Below, one piece after another: positions 1 to 10,002 of a stretch of 64,000 bases of DNA (positions are counted from its first letter, which is position 1; every line of letters starts with the position of its first letter). The DNA lies in assembly GCA_038253945.1 (NCBI GenBank), contig JBBSGR010000005.1, positions 34,772 through 98,771 of the forward strand. The letters are read 5' to 3'. The notes beneath the pieces are model-generated. The model was not told where the DNA came from, did no database searches, and saw only the letters and a program-made list of their open reading frames with translations. Source of the stretch: Gaiellales bacterium. GTDB taxonomy: Bacteria > Actinomycetota > Thermoleophilia > Gaiellales > Gaiellaceae. Position numbers and translations under genes: made by a program.

Positions 1-1697
1 TCGGCCACCTGTTGAAGCCGGACATCTCGGCGCCGGGCGGCTCCATCCTGTCGTCGACGCTGACCGAGTTCGCCGGCTCGCCGTTCGCCGTCTTCGACGG
101 GACGAGCATGGCCGCTCCGCACGTGGCCGGCGCCGCCGCTTTGCTGCTCCAGCGCCACAGGGGCTGGACGCCGAAGCAGGTGAAGTCGGCAATCGTCCAG
201 ACCGCGGTGCCCGCATACGGCGACACCGCTCGGACGGCCGAGGCTCCGGTCCTCCTCGAGGGGGGCGGCCTCGCCAATCTCCCGCGTGCCGACACTCCCC
301 TCCTCTTCGCCGATCCAGTCTCGCTCTCGTACGGAGATCTCGACGTCAATCACGGCGCGCAGAGGCGGCCGCTCCTCATCTCTCTCGAGGAGGCGGGAGG
401 CGGCGCCGGAACGTGGCAGGTCCGGATCCAGCCGCAATCGGCGAGCCAGGGAGCAGCGCTCGAGCTGCCGCCGCTCGTGTCGCTCCCCCCGGGCGGGCAC
501 GCGGAGCTACCCGTCGTGGCAACTGCGGCCGCCGGTGCCGCTGCCGGCGACGACTACGGTTTCATCACGCTCACGAACGGCAGGAACGTGCGCCGTGTTC
601 CCTACCTCTTCTACGTGACTCGGCCACAGCTCGAGCTCTCGCCGCAGCATGCGAAGCCCCTGCGCCGTCTCCAGGTCGGCGACACGCGGAACGGCAGCTC
701 GTACGCGACCGTCTACCGGTTCCCAAGCGCCCCGTTCGGCACGCCTCCCGACGTGAACGCCCCCGGCGTAGACGAGCCCGGAGCCGAGCGCCTCTACGTC
801 ACGACCGTGAAGCGGCGCGTCGCCAACCTCGGCGTCGCCGTCGTCGGGGCGAGCCCGCCCGATGCCTCCATCCACCCGTGGTTTCTCGGCTCTCGGGACG
901 AGAACCACGTCCAGGGCTATGCGGGCACGCCCGTCAACGTCAACGGTTTCATGTACGACTACCTGCTGGACATCGGAGCAGCCGGTGTCGCTCTTCCCAA
1001 GCCGCAGCGGTTCTACATCTCGGTCGACTCCGGGACGAACGTGTACCGGAAGCGACCCCACCCGGGTCGGTACGTGCTGCGCTCCTGGATCAACGACGTC
1101 CGGCCGCCTTCGCTTCGCCTGCTCACTACGCGTGTATCAGCGGGCAGGCCGATGCTCGTGGCCCGCGCGGTCGACACCGGCTCCGGGGTCGATCCGTACT
1201 CGGTCGTCATGGCCTACCGCTTCTCGCTCGTCGCGCCGACGGCATACGACCCGGACACGGGCCTCGTCCTCTTCCCGCTGCGGGGGGCGCCGAGGCTGAC
1301 GCCCGGGCGCGTGCGGCTGAACCTCGTCGCCTCGGACTTCCAGGAAGCGAAGAACGTGAACACGATCGGCAAGAACGTCATGCCGAACACGACCTATCTC
1401 GACCCGCGGCTGACGGTCGTGAAGGGCCCGGCGGTCAGCTGGCTGCTCCCCAGCTCCTCGGCGTGTGCCGGCAAGCGAAGCCGCCTGACCGTGACAGCGA
1501 GCTCCGCGCGCGCGGTTGCTTCCGTGCGTTTCTTCGACGGCAAGCGGCCGATCCGGACGGTCCGGCGTAAAGTCGACAGCCTCTACGTGACGACCTGGGG
1601 AGCCCGGAAGCGTGGACGGCACGTTCTGCGTGCCGTCGTCCGCGATCGATCCGGCAAGTCAGCCGCTGCGACGCTCGCGGTTCGCGTCTGCCGTTGA
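1..1697 (+). CDS. Subtilisin-like serine peptidase (S8 family), C-terminal part; the 5-prime end lies outside the window
   Basis: Frame of ORF 12..1697 is open to the window edge. It contains the S8 catalytic-Ser motif GTSMAAPHVAGAAALL followed by a long beta-rich C-terminal extension. Confidence 0.85.
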   Translation, partial: GHLLKPDISAPGGSILSSTLTEFAGSPFAVFDGTSMAAPHVAGAAALLLQRHRGWTPKQVKSAIVQTAVPAYGDTARTAEAPVLLEGGGLANLPRADTPLLFADPVSLSYGDLDVNHGAQRRPLLISLEEAGGGAGTWQVRIQPQSASQGAALELPPLVSLPPGGHAELPVVATAAAGAAAGDDYGFITLTNGRNVRRVPYLFYVTRPQLELSPQHAKPLRRLQVGDTRNGSSYATVYRFPSAPFGTPPDVNAPGVDEPGAERLYVTTVKRRVANLGVAVVGASPPDASIHPWFLGSRDENHVQGYAGTPVNVNGFMYDYLLDIGAAGVALPKPQRFYISVDSGTNVYRKRPHPGRYVLRSWINDVRPPSLRLLTTRVSAGRPMLVARAVDTGSGVDPYSVVMAYRFSLVAPTAYDPDTGLVLFPLRGAPRLTPGRVRLNLVASDFQEAKNVNTIGKNVMPNTTYLDPRLTVVKGPAVSWLLPSSSACAGKRSRLTVTASSARAVASVRFFDGKRPIRTVRRKVDSLYVTTWGARKRGRHVLRAVVRDRSGKSAAATLAVRVCR

Positions 1698-1703
1698 TGC
1701 GCA

Positions 1704-2534
1704 GTGCGTACGACTCTCCACGATCGCAATCAACGTCGAGGGGGTAAGAACATTCGGCGAGTAGCCGTCATCACCGGCGCATCGTCCGGAATCGGCGCCG
1801 CGATCACACGCCGGCTCGCCGCGGGAGAATGGCACTGCGTCCTGCTCGCCCGCCGGGAGGAGCGGCTGCGCGAGATCGCGACGGAGGTCGGCGGCGAGTA
1901 TGAGTTGTGCGACGTCTCGGACCGGGAGTGGGTGGAGCGGGTCGCCACCTCGGTGCGCGAGCGGCACCCCGCGGTCCACCTGCTCGTCAACAGCGCGGGC
2001 ATGCCCGGCCGCGCCGGCCTCTTCGATGCCGAGCCCGGGCTGATCGAGCAGGTGGTTCGTGTCAACTACCTCGGCAGCCTGTGGTGCCTGCGGGCGCTCC
2101 TGCCGGCGCTCGAGCAGGCCCCGCCCTCGGACGTCGTCAACATCGTCTCGGTGTCGGGCACCGTCGCCTGGGGCCCGTCGGGCCCCTACTCGGCGGCCAA
2201 GCATGCCCAGCTCGCCTTTTCCCGCGCGGCGGCGGCCGAGCTGCGGCCACGGGGAGTCCGGGTGCACACGGTCAACCCGGGGTTCGTCGAGACGGAGGGC
2301 TTTCCGCAGCGGGGGACGCTCGGCAACCGGCTGCTCGTGCGTGCAGTGATCGATCCCGACGACGTGGCCGCCCACGTGATCCGAGTGCTGGAGCGGGATC
2401 GCTCAGAGACCTTCGTGCCGTCCTGGTACCGCGTCGCGGCGATCGCACAGGCGATCGCGCCGGGATTGTTGGCGCGCCTGCTTGCTAGCGCCGGATCCCG
2501 CAGGCATCGCGCAGCTCGCGGACGCGCGACCTGA
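1704..2534 (+). CDS. Short-chain dehydrogenase/reductase (SDR)
   Basis: Rossmann motif VAVITGASSGIGAAI, NSAG, and the catalytic YxxxK (PYSAAKHA). The exact start within the first ~20 codons is uncertain. Confidence 0.85.
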   Translation: MRTTLHDRNQRRGGKNIRRVAVITGASSGIGAAITRRLAAGEWHCVLLARREERLREIATEVGGEYELCDVSDREWVERVATSVRERHPAVHLLVNSAGMPGRAGLFDAEPGLIEQVVRVNYLGSLWCLRALLPALEQAPPSDVVNIVSVSGTVAWGPSGPYSAAKHAQLAFSRAAAAELRPRGVRVHTVNPGFVETEGFPQRGTLGNRLLVRAVIDPDDVAAHVIRVLERDRSETFVPSWYRVAAIAQAIAPGLLARLLASAGSRRHRAARGRAT

Positions 2535-2853
2535 AGCCCCGCGTCTCGAGCGCCACGGGCGCCGACCCGGCCAGGAAGCCGACCAGCCGCCGCGCCTCCG
2601 CCTCGTCCAGCGAGACCGCGGCCGTCGCCTCGGCTCGCTCGTCGCGCTCGCTCCAGACGCTGAAGCGGACGTGCCGCTCCTCCTCGCGCGGGCCGAGGTA
2701 GCGCGACACCCGCAGCGAGCGGCCGCGGTCGTCCTGGAGGAGCGGGTGCGAGGAGAAGAACTCGACCAGCTTCAGACGCTGCGGGGCTGCACACCAGGGG
2801 CAGAAACGGAACGGCCTCTCGACTTCACCGCCGCAGCGCGCGCACGCTTGCAT
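2485..2853 (-). CDS. Zinc-ribbon domain hypothetical protein
   Basis: N-terminal CxxC...CxxC (CARCGG...FCPWC). High GC3 in this frame. Convergent ~50-nt overlap with the SDR 3-prime end. Confidence 0.45.
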   Translation of the reverse strand: MQACARCGGEVERPFRFCPWCAAPQRLKLVEFFSSHPLLQDDRGRSLRVSRYLGPREEERHVRFSVWSERDERAEATAAVSLDEAEARRLVGFLAGSAPVALETRGFRSRVRELRDACGIRR

Positions 2854-2912
2854 CCGAACCTCCCAGGTCGACGAAAGAGCCTACACCCGGGGGCCGCAGG
2901 TACCGTAGCCCC

Positions 2913-3215
2913 ATGAGGGTGGAACTCTTCTACTGGGACGGCTGCCCGTCGTACCCAGAGGCCGACGAGTTGCTCGCCGACGTGCTTCGCTCCTACGGCC
3001 TGGACGATGAGATCGTACGCCACGAGGTGAAGACGCAGGCCGAAGCGGAAGCTCTTCGCTTCCCCGGCTCGCCCACGATCAGGATCGACGGCAGGGACGT
3101 CGACCCGCGCGGCGCCGACGGTCCGCCTGCGCTGTCCTGCCGCATCTACCACCTCTCCGACGGGCGGGTCTCGCCCGTGCCGAGCCGGGAGTCGCTCGAG
3201 CGGGCGGTGGTATGA
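2913..3215 (+). CDS. Small thioredoxin-fold protein
   Basis: 100 aa with a beta-alpha-beta start MRVELFYWDGCPSYPEA and GSPTIRIDGRDV (cis-Pro region), typical of glutaredoxin/thioredoxin-like folds. The stop overlaps the next gene's start (ATGA). Confidence 0.5.
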   Translation: MRVELFYWDGCPSYPEADELLADVLRSYGLDDEIVRHEVKTQAEAEALRFPGSPTIRIDGRDVDPRGADGPPALSCRIYHLSDGRVSPVPSRESLERAVV

Positions 3216-3739
3216 CCCTCGCGAGCGGGTCCCAAGCGATCGCGTTCACGCTCCCGGGCGTCGACGGCCGCGAGCATTCCCTCGACGACTACGCGGACGC
3301 GACGGCCCTCGCCGTCGTCTGGTCGTGCAACCACTGCCCGTACGTGCAGGCGTGGGAAGGGCGGATGAAGGCGATCCAGCGGGACTACGCCGTGCGCGGC
3401 GCTCGCCTGGTCGCGATCAACTCGAACAACGCCGACTCGCGTCCCGCGGACTCGTTCGAGGAGATGAAGCTGCGCGCCGAGGAGCAGGGGTTCAACTTCG
3501 ACTACCTGCACGACGAGAATCAGGCGGTGGCGCACGCCTACGGGCCGAGCCGAACGCCGGAGGTCTTCCTCTTCGACGCCGAGCGTCGACTCGTCTACCA
3601 CGGCGCGATCGACGACTCGCGCGACGAGCAGGCGGTTTCACAGAATTACCTACGCGATGCGCTGGAAGCCCTGCTCGCCGGCCGCGAGCCGAGGGTCGCC
3701 GAGACGCCGCCGGTCGGGTGCTCGGTCAAGTGGAAGTAG
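3212..3739 (+). CDS. Thioredoxin-family / AhpC-TSA-like redoxin
   Basis: WSCNHCPYV CxxC motif within a TlpA/peroxiredoxin-like layout, and the RTPEVFLFD cis-Pro motif. Confidence 0.75.
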   Translation: MTLASGSQAIAFTLPGVDGREHSLDDYADATALAVVWSCNHCPYVQAWEGRMKAIQRDYAVRGARLVAINSNNADSRPADSFEEMKLRAEEQGFNFDYLHDENQAVAHAYGPSRTPEVFLFDAERRLVYHGAIDDSRDEQAVSQNYLRDALEALLAGREPRVAETPPVGCSVKWK

Positions 3740-4445
3740 GCTGAGCGTCCCCTGCCGGCAGCCAATCCGGGTGCTGGGCGACCCACTCCTCGGCGGCGCG
3801 TAGCTGCTTGGGCGTGTTGACGGTTAGCCAGACCCCCTCGTAGCGGAAGGCGCGCAGCCTTCCCTCGGCGGCGAGCTCCGGGAACATCGTTTGCTCGTGG
3901 TCGCCCCGCTCGGGTAGGCGCTCGAGCGCCTCGGCGCCGAAGACGTAGACGCCGCAGCTGATCCAGAACGGAAGGCGGGGCGCCTCGCGGAAGCCGGTGA
4001 CGGCATCGTCGTCCGAGAGGTCGACGATGCCGAAGGCGCTCGTCATCGGCGTCACGGTGATCGTGGCGGCGGCGCCCGTCGCGCGGTGCCGCTCGAGCAG
4101 CGCGGCGTAGTCGAGCGCGAGCAGATCGTCGGCGTTCAAGGCAAACACCGGGCCGCCGCCCGACAGCAGGCGGGCGGCAAAGCGCAGCCCTCCTCCCCGG
4201 CCGAGCGGCTCCGGCTCGGGTGCGGTCACGATCTCGGCGCCGAGACCCGTCAGCTCGCGCTCGAACTCGCGCTCGCGCCCCGCGGAGCACGAGACGACCA
4301 CGCGCTCGACGCCGGCGCGCGCGAGCGCAGCCACCTGGTAGGAGCACAGGGGGCGGCCGGCGACCGGAACGAGCGCCTTCGGCCGGCCCTGGGCGGCCTC
4401 TCCCAGACGCTCGCCCTTCCCGCCCGCAAGCAAGAGCGCATCCAC
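3726..4445 (-). CDS. NDP-sugar pyrophosphorylase (nucleotidyltransferase family, mannose-1-P guanylyltransferase-like)
   Basis: N-terminal LLAGGKGERLG...PKALVPVAGRPL signature of sugar-1-phosphate nucleotidyltransferases. Confidence 0.8.
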   Translation of the reverse strand: MDALLLAGGKGERLGEAAQGRPKALVPVAGRPLCSYQVAALARAGVERVVVSCSAGREREFERELTGLGAEIVTAPEPEPLGRGGGLRFAARLLSGGGPVFALNADDLLALDYAALLERHRATGAAATITVTPMTSAFGIVDLSDDDAVTGFREAPRLPFWISCGVYVFGAEALERLPERGDHEQTMFPELAAEGRLRAFRYEGVWLTVNTPKQLRAAEEWVAQHPDWLPAGDAQPTST

Positions 4446-4454
4446 GCTGGAAAC

Positions 4455-5171
4455 CTACGCGGAGAGCGCCGGCTTCACGAGCAGGTACCAGCCGATCTCC
4501 GCGGTGTACGCGCTCTCACCGGGAGCGGCGGCGCGGGCCCGCTCGCGAGCGTCGCCCTCGCAGGCGGCGAGATCGAGGTACGGCTCGAGCTCGCGCGTTT
4601 CCCGCAGGAACTCCGAACGCTCTAGCACAAGCCCATTCGACTCGAACAGGCCCCGGAGGTCGACGTCGGCGAGCGCCCGGGTGTGAGAAGGATCACGCGC
4701 CCGCTCGAAGCGGTTCAGCTCGATCGCCGCGAGCGGATCGGCCGGCGCGATCTGGTCGATAACTAGAACGTGGCCGCCCGGCCTCGTGACGCGCACGAGC
4801 TCGGCGACGGCAAGCTCGGGTCGCGCGACATGGTGAAGCGTGCGCAGGGTCGCCGCGAGGTCGAACGAGCCGCTGTCCAGGTCGAGCCCCACGATGTCGC
4901 CCTCGACGAAGGAGACGTTCGGAAACTCACGGCCTCGCTTCCGCCCTTCGTCCAGCAGCTCCGGCACCAGATCGACGGCGAGGACCTCGCGCACGAACGG
5001 GGCGAGAGCAAACGACAGCGCGCCGGTGCCCGCCCCCGCGTCGAGCACGCGCTCGTGACCGTGGAGCGGAAGGAAGGCCCGGACCTCGTCCCGCAGCTCG
5101 GCCCGGCGCCGCTCCTCCTTCTCGGCCACGAGCGCGGCCGTTGCCGCAAACCGACTCCTCAGCGGGTCCAC
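4455..5171 (-). CDS. Class I SAM-dependent methyltransferase
   Basis: Motif I VLDAGAGTGALS and FDLAATLRTLHHV (type 11 methyltransferase layout). Confidence 0.8.
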   Translation of the reverse strand: MDPLRSRFAATAALVAEKEERRRAELRDEVRAFLPLHGHERVLDAGAGTGALSFALAPFVREVLAVDLVPELLDEGRKRGREFPNVSFVEGDIVGLDLDSGSFDLAATLRTLHHVARPELAVAELVRVTRPGGHVLVIDQIAPADPLAAIELNRFERARDPSHTRALADVDLRGLFESNGLVLERSEFLRETRELEPYLDLAACEGDARERARAAAPGESAYTAEIGWYLLVKPALSA

Positions 5172-5231
5172 GACACGGATTCTCTCGGAAAGAGACCGGG
5201 GCCGCGCGCGGCGGCCCCGGTCCCTTGCCGG

Positions 5232-6098
5232 CTAGCCGAGCGGCGAGCCGAGGCTCACCTGCACCAGACGCCTCGTGGAGACGCCGGCAAGCAGGCTGTC
5301 ACCCTCCTTGCGAGCGCGCAGGAAGACGACGAGGGCCGACCCTTGCTGCAGCGGCAGGCTCGCCGTCGGGCGGAACGAGAACGTCGCATAACCGTCCTCC
5401 GCGGTGGGCTGCTCGGGCTCCTGGACGATGCGGTTGTACGGGACGCCGAGGGCGAAGACGAGCGCGCCGCGAACGACGTAGCCCCGCGTGTCCGTCACGC
5501 GGAACCGGCCGCTGAACGGCGATCTCGACCGAACCGGGTTGGGCGAGAACGAGACCCCCGTGAGGACGAGGCGCTGCGGCGGCGCGACGCTCGACGCGGG
5601 AATCGAGATCTTGCCGTCCGCGAGCCGGCTCTGTCCGGCGGGGCCCGATGGAGCAGGAGGCGGAGGAGGCGGAGGAGGCGGAGTGACCGTGTCCCCTCGC
5701 CTGTGGATGACGGCACTCGCCCGTGAGATCGCGGCGCTCGAGCCGTCCTTGTTCGTCGCGGTCACGAGTGCGCGCAGCCGGTGACCCGCCTCCGTGGAGG
5801 TGGCTCCGTACGTTCGAGCCGTGGCGCCCGGGATATCGACGCAATTGGCCCCGCCGCCGCCGCAGCGGCGCCACTGGTAGGCGAACTTGAGCGGCCTGGC
5901 GCCGGCCCACCCTCCGACCCTGACGAAGAGCACCTGGCCCACCTGCGGCACGCCGCCGATGGACGGCAGTGACGTATTCGCCGGCGGGCTCGCGGTCGGA
6001 GCTGCAGCCGCGGCCATCGCGACTACCCCGGCCAGGAGCACGGCCCCGGCGCCGAAGATGCCGTTACGAGAGATCGAGATACTTCGCACAGCGATCAC
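5232..6098 (-). CDS. Secreted protein with an Ig-like repeat, a poly-proline linker and a C-terminal beta domain
   Basis: N-terminal hydrophobic signal-like segment (GAVLLAGVVAMAAAAAP). The motif YQWRRCGGGGANCVDIPGATARTY is typical of actinobacterial Ig-like repeats. Also contains PPPPPPPPPAP. Confidence 0.6.
   Translation of the reverse strand: MIAVRSISISRNGIFGAGAVLLAGVVAMAAAAAPTASPPANTSLPSIGGVPQVGQVLFVRVGGWAGARPLKFAYQWRRCGGGGANCVDIPGATARTYGATSTEAGHRLRALVTATNKDGSSAAISRASAVIHRRGDTVTPPPPPPPPPAPSGPAGQSRLADGKISIPASSVAPPQRLVLTGVSFSPNPVRSRSPFSGRFRVTDTRGYVVRGALVFALGVPYNRIVQEPEQPTAEDGYATFSFRPTASLPLQQGSALVVFLRARKEGDSLLAGVSTRRLVQVSLGSPLG
5656..5683. repeat. Tandem 9-bp repeat (GGAGGAGGC)n encoding the poly-Pro linker
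   Basis: ggaggc ggaggaggc ggaggaggc ggag read directly. It lies inside CDS 5232..6098. Confidence 0.8.
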
Positions 6099-6194
6099 CC
6101 CCTATGTGATCGAGCGGTTGATACCTATTGGAACGCAGGCGCCTCTCGGCCGTTTGCCGAGAACGGGCCGTTTTACCGGTCGCTTACCGGAGCC

Positions 6195-7232
6195 TCACCT
6201 CACCCGGACAGACTCGCGCCGAACGAGCTCGAGCGCCTCTTCCCGGGTGGAGACCGTGCCCGCGGCCCGCTCCTCCTCGATCAGCTCCAGCATCCGTCCG
6301 ATCTCCGGCCCTGGAGGCAGGCCGAGCTCGTCGCCGCGGAGAAGCGGCTCCCGCGGCTCCCGCCCCCGAGCAGCTCGCACGGCAGCAGTCAAATCAGACG
6401 CGCCCAGGAAGGCGAGCGCATCGAGTGCCCAGGGCTCGGTTGCGCGCCGGAAGCGGTGGATCTCACGCGGCGAGTCGTCGGCCGGACGGCGGGCCGCCCG
6501 CAACGTGCGACCGTATCGCTCGAGGCGGGTCGAGATCGGCAGCCGCTCGAGGTTGCGTCCGAGCACCGCGACGAGCAGAAAATCGCTCGGCTCGACCGAA
6601 TCGACCCGCTCGAGCCGCTCGAGCGAGCCGCCGAGCGGCTCCAGGAGGCCCAGCTCGTCGAGTCGCTGGAAGCCGCGGGGCGAGAGCCGCACGAGCTCGG
6701 CCAGGATGCGCTCGCCGGCCGGGCGCGTCACGAGGTGGGCGCTCGTGCGAAGGGCGGTCGCCGTCACGGAGTCCAGCTCGAAGCTCAGCTCGTCCTCGAT
6801 CCGGACCGCCCGGAGCAGCCGCAGCGGGTCGTCGGCAAGGACGCGATCGCTCAGCGCGCGAAGAACGCGGGCCTCGAGGTCGGCCCGGCCCGAGAACGGG
6901 TCGACGAAGTCGCCCCCCTCGAGCGGCTCCGCGATCGCGTTGATCGTGAAGTCACGACCGGCGAGATCGACCTCGATCGTCTCCTTGAGCGGCGTGAAGT
7001 CGATGGTCCGTCCGTCGCCAAGTGCGACCCGCCAGGCGCCATGCCGCTCGGAGAGCGGAAAGACGGCGCCGCCGGATCGCCGCGCGTAGGCGCGAGCGGT
7101 TTCCCGAGGCTTTCCGCAGGCGATGTCCAGATCGACGATGGGCCGGCCCAGCAGCTCGTCTCGAACCGCGCCGCCGACGACCCACGCTTCCTCGCCCGCC
7201 AGGAGCTCGCGCGCTAGTTCACGCACGTTCAT
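6195..7232 (-). CDS. tRNA nucleotidyltransferase / poly(A) polymerase family (CCA-adding enzyme-like)
   Basis: VVGGAVRDELLGRPIVDLDIA and RDFTINA motifs. Start re-picked at ATG 7232 (MNVRELA), which overlaps the alr stop (ATGA). The 124 codons upstream in the track ORF run antisense-style through alr and are rejected. Confidence 0.75.
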   Translation of the reverse strand: MNVRELARELLAGEEAWVVGGAVRDELLGRPIVDLDIACGKPRETARAYARRSGGAVFPLSERHGAWRVALGDGRTIDFTPLKETIEVDLAGRDFTINAIAEPLEGGDFVDPFSGRADLEARVLRALSDRVLADDPLRLLRAVRIEDELSFELDSVTATALRTSAHLVTRPAGERILAELVRLSPRGFQRLDELGLLEPLGGSLERLERVDSVEPSDFLLVAVLGRNLERLPISTRLERYGRTLRAARRPADDSPREIHRFRRATEPWALDALAFLGASDLTAAVRAARGREPREPLLRGDELGLPPGPEIGRMLELIEEERAAGTVSTREEALELVRRESVRVR

Positions 7233-8248
7233 CCGCCGGTCGCAGTCCGGTGCGCGCGCGCCGGCCCCGACTCGATCCTGGAGACGAGCTCGTAGGTGAT
7301 CGTGTCGGCGACGCGCGCGTGCTCCTCCGCGAGCACTCCGTCCCCGATGATGGTCACGGGCGTCGCCGTGCGCAGCTTCCCACCGAGCTCGACGGCGAAC
7401 GCGTCCATCGAGACGGTTCCGACCACGCGCCGCCGCTCGCCGTCCACCAGAACCTCGGTTCCCGTCAGATCGCGCCGGAAGCCGTCCGCGTAGCCGACCG
7501 GGACCAGGCCGATCCAGGTCGGCTCGCGCGCCACGAAGCGCCGGCCGTACCCGGTGCTCTCTCCGGCCTGGAGCAGCTTGACCTGCGCGAGCGAGCTCCG
7601 CCACGCGAGCACGGGCGCGAGGCCGTCGTCGGCCGGATCGGTTCGGAACGGCGAGAGCCCGTAGAGCGCGATCCCGCAGCGGGCGGCGTCGAAGCGGGCG
7701 GCGGGAAGGCGGAGAGCGGCCGCGCTGTTCGCGATGTGATGCGTCAGGCGGGGATGGGCAGAGACCGCCTCGCGAAATCGCTCCACCTGGCGCGCGGCGA
7801 AGGCGGGGTCGCAGTCGGCCGTGGCGAGGTGGCTCATCAGCCCGACGACCTGCCTCGGCGGCTGCGCCAGCTCACCGAGCCCCCACCGGCCCATGCCGGT
7901 ATCCAGCTTCACGTGCACGGGAACGCCCTCGGGCACGGCATCGTCCGTCGCGACGAGCTCCAGTCCGGCGAGGTGCGCGTCCACCACGTCGCGCGCGGCC
8001 GTCGGTCCCATGACGAGAATGCGCGCCTCCGGGAACCGCGGGCGCAGCTCGAGCGCTTCGCTGATGGTGGCGACGCAGAGTGCGCTCGCGCCTGCCGCGA
8101 GCGCGGCGCGAGCCACGTCGCCGGCCCCGTGCCCGTACCCGTCCGCCTTGACGACCGCCCAGAGCTCGGCTCCGCCGAGGGCACGGAGAAGCGTGCGCGC
8201 GTTCTGCCGAACGGCGCCCAGGTCGATGGTCAGCTCAGAGCGGTGCAC
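7229..8248 (-). CDS. alr: Alanine racemase
   Basis: The AVVKADGYGHG PLP-lysine motif and full-length similarity pattern (LMSHLA, YGLSP). Confidence 0.9.
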   Translation of the reverse strand: MHRSELTIDLGAVRQNARTLLRALGGAELWAVVKADGYGHGAGDVARAALAAGASALCVATISEALELRPRFPEARILVMGPTAARDVVDAHLAGLELVATDDAVPEGVPVHVKLDTGMGRWGLGELAQPPRQVVGLMSHLATADCDPAFAARQVERFREAVSAHPRLTHHIANSAAALRLPAARFDAARCGIALYGLSPFRTDPADDGLAPVLAWRSSLAQVKLLQAGESTGYGRRFVAREPTWIGLVPVGYADGFRRDLTGTEVLVDGERRRVVGTVSMDAFAVELGGKLRTATPVTIIGDGVLAEEHARVADTITYELVSRIESGPARAHRTATGG

Positions 8249-9158
8249 CGGCGTAGTTTCGCCTGAGCTCGGACCTGTAGGTGCGCCCGAGTCCGTGCGC
8301 GCTCGCCTCGACCCAGGCGCGAAAGCTCTCCCGCCCTCGCGGCCGCTGGCCCGAGACGAGGAGGCCCGCCATCAGGCCGTCGAGCTCCTCGCGTGTCAGG
8401 ACGACGTCGCGGCGGAGGCGACCGAGCGTCCCGGCGAGCGCCAGCGCGGCGGGCGGCGGCGCCCGGACGATGCGAGCCCGACTGCCGACGGCCGCCGCCA
8501 GCAGCCGCACGAGCTCGCGGAACGAGTACGCCTCCGGCCCGGCTGCGTCGACCGTGATGTCGTCCACCGCACCGGCCGCGTCGACCGCGATGGCCGCGGT
8601 GTCGGACACGGACACGGGCTGCACCCGGTAGCCGCCGGACCCCGGGACGACGAAGAGCGGAGTCCGCCGCAGGATCCACGCGATGTTGTTGACGAGGATG
8701 TCCTCTGGACCGAAGACGAGCGTGGGCCGCACGATCGCGTACGAGATTCCAGCGGCGGCGACGTCTCTCTCGAGCTGCGCCTTCCCTCTGAAGTACGGCA
8801 GCTGCGAGCTCGAGGCGTTCGTGACGCTCAGATGGACGAAGCGCCGGACGCCGGCCTCCCGTGCCGCAGTCAGCAGTCGGCCGGTGTTCTCGATCGCGCG
8901 GGCGAACGTCGATCCGCCATGCTCGAAGCGGATCCAGTAGGTGTTGTAGAGGGTGGAGGCCCCGCGCAAGCTATCCGCGAGCGCGGCGGGGTCGCCGAAG
9001 CGGAACGGGACCGCCTCGACGCGGCCGGCGAGCTCCCCGGTCGGGTCGGCGTGCCGAGTGAGCGTGCGAACGCGCCTGCCCGACTCGAGCAGGCGTGCTG
9101 CGATCGCGCGCCCGCTGTAGGAGAACGCGCCGGTGACGACATCGAAGTCAGAGGTCAA
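8235..9158 (-). CDS. NAD(P)-binding NmrA/atypical-SDR family protein
   Basis: VVTGAFSYSGRAIAARLL Rossmann-like N-terminus. Start tentatively TTG at 9158 (MTSDFDVVTGAF); the track ORF extends to 9218. Confidence 0.65.
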   Translation of the reverse strand: MTSDFDVVTGAFSYSGRAIAARLLESGRRVRTLTRHADPTGELAGRVEAVPFRFGDPAALADSLRGASTLYNTYWIRFEHGGSTFARAIENTGRLLTAAREAGVRRFVHLSVTNASSSQLPYFRGKAQLERDVAAAGISYAIVRPTLVFGPEDILVNNIAWILRRTPLFVVPGSGGYRVQPVSVSDTAAIAVDAAGAVDDITVDAAGPEAYSFRELVRLLAAAVGSRARIVRAPPPAALALAGTLGRLRRDVVLTREELDGLMAGLLVSGQRPRGRESFRAWVEASAHGLGRTYRSELRRNYAGAPL

Positions 9159-10002
9159 CGAGCATCGTGTCGTAAGCGAAGGTGACGTTTCGGCCCTCTG
9201 CTGGGAGCCGCAGTTCAAGCCGCTTCAGATCGCCGTAGGAGACCCCGTCCATCTCCTCGATGTGCGTCATCACCACGCGGTCGGCACCAAGCTCGTCGAC
9301 CATCCCGAGCGTCTCGGCGAACGTCGCCTCGGCCCGCAGAATCGGATGCTCCACCGGAATGCGCCGCTCGCCCGTAAAGGGGTCGAGCTCGACCACGCCC
9401 ATCGGGATCACGGCCAGGTCCACCCCGCGGACCCACTCCGGCGGAGTCCAGCCGTTCAGCTCGTCCATCGCGATCAGCGCGCGGCGGCCGTTCTCCTCCA
9501 GGACGAACGCGTAGACGTACTCCTCCGCCAGCCGGAACGGGGTCACCCGCGCGCCGTCGAGCTCGATCGACTCGCCGTCCGGAATCTCGACGACCCCGAC
9601 CCAGCCTCGCTCCTGCATGTACGCGAGGTGCTCTCGGCCGCCGAGGTGAGCACGGAAGTCTGCGGCCACCCCCTGCGGCAGGTAGATCGGGCGCCGCGTC
9701 GGCTGCCTGGGCCAGCGACGCCACTCGGTCTGCAGCACCTCCCAGACGCGCCGGCCCATGACGTGATCGGGGTGCCAGTGGGAGTAGAGGCCCGCCCGAA
9801 CCCTGTCGACTCGCGACCGGTTGAGCTCGAGAACGATGTCCTCCGAGGTGTCGATCAGGAGGTCGGGCCCGTGGACGAAGAGACCCGGCCCCGCGCGGGA
9901 GTAGGGAACGCCCTTGGCCCGCGCCTCGACGCAAACGCGGCAGCCGCAGCCCGGTCGCGGCGTGACTCCGGCGCCGGCTGTGCCGAGGAGCTCGACCTTC
10001 AC
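9148..10002 (-). CDS. MBL-fold metallo-hydrolase
   Basis: The HWHPDH metal-binding motif. The GTG start overlaps the nnr stop (GTGA). Confidence 0.75.
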   Translation of the reverse strand: MKVELLGTAGAGVTPRPGCGCRVCVEARAKGVPYSRAGPGLFVHGPDLLIDTSEDIVLELNRSRVDRVRAGLYSHWHPDHVMGRRVWEVLQTEWRRWPRQPTRRPIYLPQGVAADFRAHLGGREHLAYMQERGWVGVVEIPDGESIELDGARVTPFRLAEEYVYAFVLEENGRRALIAMDELNGWTPPEWVRGVDLAVIPMGVVELDPFTGERRIPVEHPILRAEATFAETLGMVDELGADRVVMTHIEEMDGVSYGDLKRLELRLPAEGRNVTFAYDTMLVDL

